Of a stretch of DNA of 53,134 nucleotides, positions 45,779 to 53,134 are shown in pieces. The translations under genes were made by a program, and so were the position numbers. Numbering within the stretch: position 1 is the first letter of the stretch; each line of letters begins with the position of its first letter. This DNA is from an uncultured Candidatus Saccharibacteria bacterium (GTDB lineage: Bacteria; Patescibacteriota; Doudnabacteria; UBA920; O2-02-FULL-48-8): contig CAZOKE010000002.1 of NCBI GenBank assembly GCA_964580495.1, positions 1-53,134 on the forward strand, read 5' to 3'. A model generated the notes under the pieces. It was given only the letters and a program-made list of their open reading frames with translations, did not search any database and had not been told where the DNA came from.

Positions 45779-45912
45779 CGTTCAACTCGTGAAACTTGAG
45801 GATAATCCAGCTCCACTTTTTATTTTTTTCAAAAAATAAATGTGGATTGTATGCCTCTAAAATTAATTTTGTTTAATGTTTTCAACGATTTTTGTAAAAA
45901 AGTGGTGCTGGA

Positions 45913-45941
45913 TTGACAGCGGCATCTTTTTTTGCTATAAT
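45913..45941 (+). promoter_or_regulatory. Perfect-consensus sigma-70-type promoter with no ORF behind it
   Basis: TTGACA (45913-18), exact 17-nt spacer ending in tgc (extended -10 TGn), TATAAT (45936-41). Confidence 0.65.
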
Positions 45942-45947
45942 ACCTTC

Positions 45948-46436
45948 AGAACATTAAAAACCAAATAGGAAATGGCACACCTAGATGCTAGTGAAGGAGA
46001 TTTCAATCCTTAAATTCAGTTGAGGATTGGAAGTTCTTTCACTATTCGTCATAGCTGTTCTAGTCCAGCTGCTTGTAAAACAAAAATAAAAATACGTTTT
46101 ATATAAAAAAAATAAAACCAAAATAAAAAACAAAAAGTTTGTTAGGTCGAATAGACCATAAGAACAGTGATTGAACAAAAAGCTTATAAATTGACTAGAC
46201 ATATAGGCATCATTTAAAGGTTTCTGATCTAACATGTTTACCTCTGTTCTAGGCTTTGGCGCTTAAACAAAATTTGAGCCCCGCAGCCTACGAACGGAGA
46301 TAAGCTGAGAACAGAGATCTCCGGAGCGGAGACGCGCTACATTAATTTATATATATGAGCGGACTGACTCCGCTCCAAACCACTTTAATAAAAGTTTGGA
46401 GCGAAAATTGCAAGACCCGGGTAAGGTCTTTTTTTG
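45948..46436 (+). ncRNA. Candidate ~490-nt structured non-coding RNA (family not recognised)
   Basis: Runs from promoter to terminator (aagacc-cgggtaa-ggtctt plus T7, 46413-36). The longest plus-strand ATG ORF I found is 38 codons and has no Shine-Dalgarno sequence. A 21-bp hairpin at 45990-46043 has 3 G-U pairs valid only on the plus strand. Long-range helices: ctgttct/agaacag (46055-61/46161-67), ctctgttct/agaacagag (46242-50/46308-16), ggagcggag/ctccgctcc (46323-31/46368-76). Confidence 0.4.
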
Positions 46437-46481
46437 TTGCCCGGATTTTGGTATACTGCAACCAGCATTAAATAAACGATT

Positions 46482-46841
46482 ATGATTTCAAAAGAGCTGA
46501 TTGAAGAAAATAAGAAAAGGTTGCTGGAGGAACAAAAGCGATTGCAAAAAGTTTTGAACCACGAAGATATCAAAGACGGCAAAGGAGAATTTCCGGGCGA
46601 CTACAAACCCAAGTATGACGAGCTCGGGAACGAAGAAGGGGATAATGCTTCCGAGGTTGAAAATTTCAGCAATCAACTTGGCGTCACGGAAGACCTCGAA
46701 TCGCAATTGAAAAAAATTGAATGGGCGTTGGCCCGGATCGAAAACGGGACATATGGCGTGTGCGCCGAAGGGGATGAGATAGAAGAAGATCGCTTGCGCG
46801 CTTTGCCGACTGCCGAGACTTGCATCAAGCATGCGAAATAG
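46482..46841 (+). CDS. DksA/TraR-family protein (partial zinc-finger Cys set)
   Basis: 119 aa. Coiled-coil N-terminus. C-terminal ARIENGTYGVCAEGDEIEEDRLRALPTAETCIKH. Confidence 0.65.
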   Translation: MISKELIEENKKRLLEEQKRLQKVLNHEDIKDGKGEFPGDYKPKYDELGNEEGDNASEVENFSNQLGVTEDLESQLKKIEWALARIENGTYGVCAEGDEIEEDRLRALPTAETCIKHAK

Positions 46842-47247
46842 ATTTGCTTTTTATTTTCTGTTGTTGTTAGTTGTTGATCAAATCACGAAATTTGTTTTTG
46901 CATCTCGTGATTTTTTCTTATCCGGCATTCATCTGCATTTGGTAAAGAATTATGGTTTGTCCTTCGGATTAAATTTAGGCAACCTTATCAACTTGTTAGT
47001 TGTAATTGTTTCATTCATTGTTTTTATTCTTTACGTCCCAAACTTAACGCGCGGAAATTTTAATTGGGGATTGCCAATGATTTTAGCAGGTGCAGTGTCG
47101 AATCTTTTGGACCGGCTGACCTTGGGATATGTTCGGGATTTTATTGATCTCAATTTGGGTTTTACATTTAATGTAGCCGATATCTTTATCGTTTTAGGCC
47201 TGTTGGCTTTATTTTTAATTAATAATCAAGAGCAGGCTGTGGAATGA
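46831..47247 (+). CDS. lspA: Lipoprotein signal peptidase (signal peptidase II)
   Basis: 138 aa. NYGLSFGL, VRDFIDL and FNVADIFI motifs. Overlaps the previous gene by 11 nt. Confidence 0.85.
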   Translation: MRNRFAFYFLLLLVVDQITKFVFASRDFFLSGIHLHLVKNYGLSFGLNLGNLINLLVVIVSFIVFILYVPNLTRGNFNWGLPMILAGAVSNLLDRLTLGYVRDFIDLNLGFTFNVADIFIVLGLLALFLINNQEQAVE

Positions 47248-47361
47248 TACAAAAAAATTCAAAGCAGTTACCAAAAATTAGCTATCTTAAATGATAGCTA
47301 TTTTTCTATCCAGCTTGTAGGTTATGTATGAGGCATTAAGTTTGAAAGGAGGTGGGTTTGT

Positions 47362-47481
47362 ATGGCAGAACAGAAGAAACGATCAGGACGCGGTTGGCAT
47401 GGTGATCCGGAAGGACATGCCCGGGCCGGGAGGCAGGGCGGACGGGCGCGCGGGCGCAGTCGAGGTTCAAGCAACAGCTAA
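47362..47481 (+). CDS. 39-aa KGG/stress-induced-repeat-like basic peptide
   Basis: Below the track cutoff. aaggaggtgg Shine-Dalgarno sequence. MAEQKKRSGRGWHGDPEGHARAGRQGGRARGRSRGSSNS. Terminator at 47497-47525. Confidence 0.6.
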   Translation: MAEQKKRSGRGWHGDPEGHARAGRQGGRARGRSRGSSNS

Positions 47482-47576
47482 ATAATTACAGAATGGCAAA
47501 TAAACGGCACTTTCGCCGTTTATTTGTTATGGAAATAATCTTCAAATCCCGCTATAATATGCCAGTTAGGTTATGA

Positions 47577-47653
47577 GCGCGTGTAGCTCAACTGGTTAGA
47601 GCAAGTGTCTTATACACACTAGGTTCCTGGTTCGAGTCCAGGCACGCGCACCA
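47577..47653 (+). tRNA. tRNA with anticodon UAU (reads AUA, presumed tRNA-Ile)
   Basis: GCGCGTG/CACGCGC acceptor stem, anticodon stem AGTGT/ACACT, loop CTTATAC, T-arm CCTGG-TTCGAGT-CCAGG, CCA encoded. Confidence 0.85.
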
Positions 47654-47765
47654 AAGTGTCTTTAAAGAAGATGTGGAAAACCCGAAAGGGTTTTTTGTTT
47701 TCCGCATAATTCTTTAGGATTTACAGGATCTTGACATCAGGTGAACGATCGTATACCATAAGATC

Positions 47766-48464
47766 ATGGAAGTTCAAACGAAGGAGTTGGTGGTATCGGA
47801 CAGCCGCCCCGATAACACTGATTCCTTCGAAACTCCCAAGAACTATATGAATCAAGAACTTACTCCCAAGCAAAAACAATTATTAGATCTATTATCCGAT
47901 GAAATCCAAAAGAAAGGCTTACCGCCGACCATATCTGAAATTGCTGCAAGCCTCAAACTTAAATCTAAAAACGCAGTGGCGAAATTACTCCGGGTTTTGG
48001 AAGATAAGGGTTATATCCGCCGTTCCAGCAAAGCTCGAGATATAGAAGTCCTTAATCCGGATGGAGAGCCGCTCGGCAGGGGGCTGCTTAGTGTACCGGT
48101 AATAGGCCGGGTAACCGCAGGGCTCCCGATGCTTGCCGAAGAGCAGATAGAGGATTGGCTGAACCTGCCGGCGAGTTTGATAAAAGGAAGAAAGGATGTG
48201 TTCCTGCTAAAGGTGCAGGGGATGAGCATGAAGGATGCGGGAATTCTGGATAAAGATTTGGTCATAGTTAAACAGCAGAAGATTGCAGAAATCAACGATA
48301 TCGTGGTAGCACTTCTTGACGATGAGGCCACGGTCAAGAGGCTGGTGAAGAAGGATGGAAGGTTTTATTTAAAAGCAGAAAATAAAGAGTACCCAAATAT
48401 TTACCCCGAACATGAATGGTCGATTCAGGGTAAGGTCATAGGCGTAATTAGGAGAATGGAATAA
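47766..48464 (+). CDS. lexA: LexA repressor (possibly starting at the internal ATG at 47847)
   Basis: LTPKQKQLLDLL...PPTISEIAASL (winged HTH). VIGRVTAGLPMLAEE cleavage region. VQGMSMKDAGI (Ser) and VVALLDDEATVKRL (Lys). Confidence 0.9.
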   Translation: MEVQTKELVVSDSRPDNTDSFETPKNYMNQELTPKQKQLLDLLSDEIQKKGLPPTISEIAASLKLKSKNAVAKLLRVLEDKGYIRRSSKARDIEVLNPDGEPLGRGLLSVPVIGRVTAGLPMLAEEQIEDWLNLPASLIKGRKDVFLLKVQGMSMKDAGILDKDLVIVKQQKIAEINDIVVALLDDEATVKRLVKKDGRFYLKAENKEYPNIYPEHEWSIQGKVIGVIRRME

Positions 48465-48646
48465 TGTCGGAATTTGAAAAAACAAAAGTCAATATAGCGG
48501 ATCAGTTAAGAGGTTTATGCGCACACTGTGCGAACGGGATCGAGCATTCATGTCGAATCCAAAACCTGGCTGATCAAGTTTCAAATCTGTCCGGCGTTCC
48601 ACTTATAGTTAACGATCGCTTTAACGGATTACTCTTTACCAATTAA
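48464..48646 (+). CDS. 60-aa Cys/His-rich protein translationally coupled to lexA
   Basis: Its ATG shares one base with the lexA TAA (taATG). Contains C-A-H-C-x5-H-x-C (LCAHCANGIEHSC). Confidence 0.55.
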   Translation: MSEFEKTKVNIADQLRGLCAHCANGIEHSCRIQNLADQVSNLSGVPLIVNDRFNGLLFTN

Positions 48647-48711
48647 CTTCGGCTTAAGCCGGAGCTCGGCAGTAGTATTTAACATTGTCGGGGTAAATTA
48701 TTGCTACGTTG

Positions 48712-48728
48712 CAACTACTAAATAGTTG
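48712..48728 (+). promoter_or_regulatory. Inverted repeat caacta-ctaaa-tagttg 20 nt upstream of the DUF3276-like gene
   Basis: Same half-sites as the hsp20 operator (caacta/tagttg). Contains the -10-like hexamer taaata. Confidence 0.4.
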
Positions 48729-48748
48729 GACGTACGAAAGGAATCTTT

Positions 48749-48982
48749 ATGGAATTTGCACCATCGTTATTTTCAACCAGGGTCCACAACGGCGCTAGGA
48801 CATTCTTTTTAGATGTTAAGTCGACCAAAAACAATAAGCCTTACCTTAAGATCACTGAGTCTTCCATCAGCAAGGAAGGGGAAAAGAAGAAAGCCTACAT
48901 GACTGTTTTTGAGAATGAATTAAACCAATTCAAAGAAGCGGTCGCAGAAGCTGTTGGATTTGTTGAACAACAACCTAAATAA
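48749..48982 (+). CDS. PUR-alpha-like nucleic-acid-binding protein (DUF3276-like)
   Basis: 77 aa. ...RTFFLDVKSTKNNKPYLKITES... pattern as I recall it for bacterial Pur-alpha-like proteins. Confidence 0.55.
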   Translation: MEFAPSLFSTRVHNGARTFFLDVKSTKNNKPYLKITESSISKEGEKKKAYMTVFENELNQFKEAVAEAVGFVEQQPK

Positions 48983-49056
48983 TAGAAAACTCCGATTACA
49001 TCCAGCCTACTTATGCAGGATAAGTTTGGCTGGAAGTTCGGAGTTTATTTTAACAT

Positions 49057-50640
49057 ATGAAAGTTCAAGAAAAAGTTATTGAATCAGAGGTCGAACAATT
49101 AGAAGCCGTTGGTAACCCCAGGGCACCGAGGAAAGTTTTCTCCGCTTCTTTGATGGGTTTAGATGCAGCCTTAGTTGAAGTTGAGGTAGATATCTCGGGT
49201 GGATTGCCCAAAACTATTGTCGTTGGTTTACCTGATGCAGCGGTCCAAGAAGCACGCGAACGAGTCAAGTCAGCCATCCGGAATTCAAACGGAATTTATC
49301 CTCGATCTCATGTAGCCATTAACCTGGCACCGGCAGATCTGCCAAAAAATGGCACCCACTATGATCTGCCAATTGCATTGTCCACTCTGATAAATTCCGG
49401 GCAAATATTTTTTGACCCAAATGACAAAATGTTTTTGGGGGAGTTAGCGTTGGACGGCACGATTCGGGCTGTGTCCGGAGTTTTGCCAATGGTGATTTTG
49501 GCTAAACAGTTGGGTATGGGTGCTGTTTATATCCCAAAAGAAAACTGTACCGAAGCCAGTTTAGTTTCGGGTATCAAAATTTTTGCGGTGGATAGTTTGT
49601 TGCAGGTGATTGGCGTATTGCAAGGTTTGATTAAATTAGACCCGGTTCCGCCAACTGATTGGGAGACCTTATTGAGTAAACCCGAGATCAGTTTTGATAT
49701 GAAATTGGTAAAAGGGCAGGAATCTGCTAAAAGAGCCTTGGAGATTGCTGCTGCAGGCGGACACAATATCCTTTTGTCAGGCCCTCCGGGTACTGGCAAA
49801 ACTTTATTGGCCAGATCTCTTCCAAGCATTCTGCCTAAGCCTACAGTGGAGGAGGTTTTGGAAATTACCAAAATCTATAGTGTTTCGGGATTGCTGAATC
49901 TTAATAAAAACTTAATCACGACTCGGCCGTTCCGGAGTCCGCATCACACGACATCCGGCGTGGCTTTGGTTGGCGGCGGTTCCACGCCCAAACCGGGCGA
50001 AATTTCTTTATCACACCGAGGAGTATTGTTTTTGGACGAATTTCCGGAATTCTCACGGACTGTTTTGGAAAATTTGCGGCAACCCTTGGAAGACGGAGTG
50101 GTGACTGTGGCCAGGGCTTCGGGCACGGTAACTTTTCCCGCCCAATTTACATTGGTCGGGGCGCAGAATCCTTGCCCTTGCGGATATTACTCGGATCCAA
50201 CAAAGGCCTGCATTTGTACGCCATCCCAAATAATGAAATATCAAAAAAAGATTTCAGGGCCATTGCTGGACCGGATCGATTTGCATGTAGAAGTTGGGCG
50301 AGTCGAATACGACAAGCTCTCTTCGGACCAAAATACTGAATCTTCGGCAGATATTCAAAAAAGGGTCCAGTTCGCGCGTGATATCCAAACTTCAAGGTTT
50401 GCAGGGACCAAAACTAAAACTAATTCTGAAATGGGCATTAAAGAAATCAAGGAGTTTTGCAAGTTAGGCGAGCAAGAGCAACAGTTCATGAAAGCTGCCG
50501 TAATCAAAATGTATCTTTCGGCGCGTTCGTACCACCGGATCCTGAAATTAGCCCGGACAATTGCGGATCTTGCAGGGAAAGAAAACTTGGAACTGGTGCA
50601 TCTGGCAGAAGCCTTGCAATACCGTCCCAAGGTCGAATAA
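49057..50640 (+). CDS. comM: Mg-chelatase-like AAA+ protein YifB/ComM
   Basis: 527 aa. GPPGTGKTLLAR Walker A. VLFLDEFPEF Walker B. C-terminal ...SARSYHRILKLARTIADL. Confidence 0.85.
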   Translation: MKVQEKVIESEVEQLEAVGNPRAPRKVFSASLMGLDAALVEVEVDISGGLPKTIVVGLPDAAVQEARERVKSAIRNSNGIYPRSHVAINLAPADLPKNGTHYDLPIALSTLINSGQIFFDPNDKMFLGELALDGTIRAVSGVLPMVILAKQLGMGAVYIPKENCTEASLVSGIKIFAVDSLLQVIGVLQGLIKLDPVPPTDWETLLSKPEISFDMKLVKGQESAKRALEIAAAGGHNILLSGPPGTGKTLLARSLPSILPKPTVEEVLEITKIYSVSGLLNLNKNLITTRPFRSPHHTTSGVALVGGGSTPKPGEISLSHRGVLFLDEFPEFSRTVLENLRQPLEDGVVTVARASGTVTFPAQFTLVGAQNPCPCGYYSDPTKACICTPSQIMKYQKKISGPLLDRIDLHVEVGRVEYDKLSSDQNTESSADIQKRVQFARDIQTSRFAGTKTKTNSEMGIKEIKEFCKLGEQEQQFMKAAVIKMYLSARSYHRILKLARTIADLAGKENLELVHLAEALQYRPKVE

Positions 50641-50726
50641 AGGTTGGTAAATATTTTGGTTCCAGTAACCAATTGTTTTTTGCTGTGTATGAATTACTAT
50701 CAATTGGTAAAATTAGCAATAATCAT

Positions 50727-51617
50727 ATGAAAAAGATCAGAAAAGCGATCATCCCAGCAGCCGGCTATGGCACCAGATTTTTGCCTGCCACCAAGGCTCA
50801 ACCCAAAGAAATGTTACCGGTCGTGGATAAACCGATTATCCAATATGTAGTCGAGGATGCGGTTTCCGCAGGTATTGAAGATATAATAATCGTCACTGGC
50901 TGGCACAAACGGACAATTGAGGACCACTTCGACTACCCATTTGAGCTAGAAAAAAGACTGGAGGAATCGGGAAAATATGAAGAGTTGGAAAAAATCCGGA
51001 AGATTGCAGATATGGCTAACTTTTATTATGTCAGGCAGAAAGGCCCTTTGGGCAACGCGACCCCTATCTGGAACGCCCGTGAAATAGTAGGCGATGAACC
51101 ATTTGCGGTTTTTTGGGGGGACGAATTTATAGAAGCGTCACCGACCCGGGCTCAGCAAATGATTTCAGCTTATGAAAAATTAGGCGGGAGCGCGGTTCTA
51201 GCAAGCATGCGTAAAAACAAGCCGGAAGATTTTAAGCGGTATGGATATGCCGCGGGAAAAGAGCTGGAGCCAGGAGTTATAAAAATAGAACAGATCGTGG
51301 AGAAACCAGGAAAAGAGGTTTCGCCTTATGCCGTAGTTTCCGCATCTCTGTATGATCCTGAAATGTTTAATGCCATCGAGGAGGCTATGCATCGAATTGA
51401 AAAAGAAAATACACCTCGGGAATTGGTTTATGTGGACGCAGTAAACATTTTATTGGAAAAAGAAAAAGCCTGTTGGGCTGTGGAAATTAAGGACGGGACT
51501 TATTATGATTGCGGAAACAAACTAGAGTATTTGAAAACGGTGGTTGAGTTCGGATTGAAACACGACGAAATCAAAGATGACTTCCGTGAATATCTGAACA
51601 ACTTGAAAAATAAATAG
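50727..51617 (+). CDS. galU: UTP--glucose-1-phosphate uridylyltransferase
   Basis: MKKIRKAIIPAAGYGTRFLPATKAQPKEMLPVVDKP. The ATG at 50727 is internal to the track ORF. Confidence 0.9.
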   Translation: MKKIRKAIIPAAGYGTRFLPATKAQPKEMLPVVDKPIIQYVVEDAVSAGIEDIIIVTGWHKRTIEDHFDYPFELEKRLEESGKYEELEKIRKIADMANFYYVRQKGPLGNATPIWNAREIVGDEPFAVFWGDEFIEASPTRAQQMISAYEKLGGSAVLASMRKNKPEDFKRYGYAAGKELEPGVIKIEQIVEKPGKEVSPYAVVSASLYDPEMFNAIEEAMHRIEKENTPRELVYVDAVNILLEKEKACWAVEIKDGTYYDCGNKLEYLKTVVEFGLKHDEIKDDFREYLNNLKNK

Positions 51618-51668
51618 GCTTATTGTAAAATACGTTTGTAACAAAACATCGGTTTTTGAAACAAACGT

Positions 51669-51765
51669 GCCCCGTTACAACCAATAAAACCAACCGAATT
51701 GTAACGAGTCACTGAAAATCTGCAAAATAAAACTCAATTAAAAACAAAGAAAGTTGTAACGGGGC
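51669..51765 (+). promoter_or_regulatory. 13-bp perfect inverted repeat and TGTAAC/GTTACA word cluster abutting the start of the sugar-binding protein gene
   Basis: gccccgttacaac (51669-81) pairs with gttgtaacggggc (51753-65). tgtaac also occurs at 51637-42 and 51700-05. Confidence 0.5.
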
Positions 51766-53076
51766 GTGTCAAAAAAATACTACATTATAGGGGGCATTAT
51801 TGTTATATTACTTATCGCTTTGGTAGGGCTTTTGCTGCTGTCCGGCAAGACCAATAATAACGTTCCGGCGGGTAATGTCGAACTTACTTGGTGGAAAACA
51901 TTTGAAGATCCAGATAATGTCCAGCAGCTGATTGCAGATTATGAGAGCTCGCATAAAAACGTCACTATTAATTATGTGAAAAAGGACGTCACGACCTATC
52001 AAAACGATTTAGTCCAGGCTTTTGCCTCGGGTAATGGCCCGGATATTTTTTCTATCCATAATGATTGGCTGCCCAGCGAATTAGATAAAATGGCTCCGAT
52101 GCCAAATAGCTCTAATAACATTCGAACTTACAAAGCGGCCTTTGCGGATGTGGCCAGCGGGGATTTTATTAAAGACAATCAGATTTATGCGGTCCCAATG
52201 AATCTCGATGTTTTAGCCTTATACTATAACAAAGATCTACTAGGATCAGCCGGAATCTCCACGCCTCCGACAACTTGGAATGAATTTGAAAGCGATGTCG
52301 AAAAAATAACTAAACAAGACCGCCCAGGAAACTTTGTCCATTCCGGCACAGCTATGGGCGTGGCTTCCAATGTCAACCGCGCGGTGGATATTCTGTCTTT
52401 GCTTATGCTGCAAAACGGCACCCAAATGTATAATTCCGATTTTACCTCGGCCATGTTTGACCAAACTGCACAAGACGGAAGCAATACCAATCCCGGAGCT
52501 ACGGCTTTGCAATTTTTCACTCAATTTGCCGATCCTACCAAGAGAAGCTACACCTGGAACGCCAAAGCCGACAACAGCGTAGATGCTTTCACCCAAAACA
52601 AAGTCGGTATGATGCTTTCCTACTATTATATGAAACCTCAAATCCAAGCCAAGGGGCCAAATATAAATTGGGATGTGGCTGCCGCACCTCAAATCTCCTC
52701 TGATCCGTCTTTGGTCAAAGTTAATTTCGCGAATTACTGGGGGGAGGGAGTTTACAAAAATTCCAAGAGTACGGCTGTAGCCTGGGATTTTCTGAATTTT
52801 ATTACGAGCAAAGATGAACTCAACAAATATTACACCCAACACAAACTTATAGCGTCCCGCAAAGATATTCTGAGCACTCAAATCTCCGACCCGGAAATTG
52901 GAGTATATGCCGAATCCGCTTTGACCGCAAAGAGCGTGTACAAAAAAGACGCTGGCAATTTCGAGGCCGTGTTTAGTAAGATGATTGACGACGTAAGTGT
53001 CCGGAGCTTGAGTGTGGAGGAATCAATCAGCAATGCCGCCCAGCAAATTAACTTGCAGCTACAAGGACAAGGATAA
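51766..53076 (+). CDS. ABC transporter extracellular solute-binding protein (carbohydrate type)
   Basis: 436 aa, GTG start, N-terminal anchor. ...LTWWKTFEDP... and GNGPDIF motifs typical of family-1 sugar-binding proteins. Confidence 0.75.
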   Translation: MSKKYYIIGGIIVILLIALVGLLLLSGKTNNNVPAGNVELTWWKTFEDPDNVQQLIADYESSHKNVTINYVKKDVTTYQNDLVQAFASGNGPDIFSIHNDWLPSELDKMAPMPNSSNNIRTYKAAFADVASGDFIKDNQIYAVPMNLDVLALYYNKDLLGSAGISTPPTTWNEFESDVEKITKQDRPGNFVHSGTAMGVASNVNRAVDILSLLMLQNGTQMYNSDFTSAMFDQTAQDGSNTNPGATALQFFTQFADPTKRSYTWNAKADNSVDAFTQNKVGMMLSYYYMKPQIQAKGPNINWDVAAAPQISSDPSLVKVNFANYWGEGVYKNSKSTAVAWDFLNFITSKDELNKYYTQHKLIASRKDILSTQISDPEIGVYAESALTAKSVYKKDAGNFEAVFSKMIDDVSVRSLSVEESISNAAQQINLQLQGQG

Positions 53077-53134
53077 AACCAAAGACAAAATATAGTTCTA
53101 TTGCCGTTCTTGCATTGGTATTTATTAATAGTTC

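Noticed and set aside
45981-46235. Minus-strand 84-aa ORF inside the candidate ncRNA locus.
   Set aside because: The peptide is Phe/Leu-rich because it reads through A-runs. No promoter was found. It does have an agagg sequence 5 nt before the ATG, so it is kept as the main alternative explanation in the corresponding finding rather than called as a gene.
53052-53134. An open frame at the right edge (..IKPKTKYSSIAVLALVFINS) that could be the N-terminus of an ABC permease.
   Set aside because: There is no ATG, GTG or TTG start in that frame before the hydrophobic stretch (only ATA), and only 27 codons are visible. That is not enough to call a gene.

Overview
This 53.1-kb window looks like a whole contig covering the replication-origin region of a small, streamlined bacterial genome. 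Hand-counted samples give roughly 40% G+C. Gene content and style suggest a Candidate Phyla Radiation / Patescibacteria-type organism, but that is inference, not a database result. The backbone is housekeeping. recF-dnaN-dnaA (minus strand) diverges from rpmH-rnpA-yidD-yidC-jag (plus strand) around a putative oriC. Further along are PBP1A, tyrS, ruvC, yebC, gyrA, rpsA, murE, rnhB, infB-rbfA-nrnA, ftsK, rodZ, recA, a dksA-like gene, lspA, lexA, comM and galU, plus 12 tRNA genes that all encode their CCA ends. No rRNA, CRISPR array, transposase or integrase is visible. The most notable observations follow. (1) The largest ORF, complement(1..3804), is absent from the supplied track. It encodes at least 1268 aa of a secreted protein with six Asp-boxes and Ig-like repeats, and it runs off the left edge inside a repeat. 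(2) A consensus promoter is followed by about 490 nt with no credible ORF, many hairpins and an intrinsic terminator between recA and the dksA-like/lspA genes, which makes it a candidate large ncRNA. (3) A roughly 58-nt two-hairpin motif with compensatory stem changes occurs twice, after tRNA-Ala and abutting the ftsK start codon. (4) A 21-nt copy of the tRNA-Leu(UAA) 3' end closes a foldable roughly 90-nt unit that has its own terminator, and two other tRNA genes carry partial copies of their 5' parts. (5) A G+C-rich islet lies between tRNA-Pro and tRNA-Arg, with nested inverted repeats just after tRNA-Pro. (6) ftsK is interrupted by an in-frame TAA immediately followed by ATG. (7) lexA is start/stop-coupled to a 60-aa Cys/His-rich ORF. 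(8) A tRNA with anticodon UAU is present. All functional calls rest on motifs read by eye. No searches were run.
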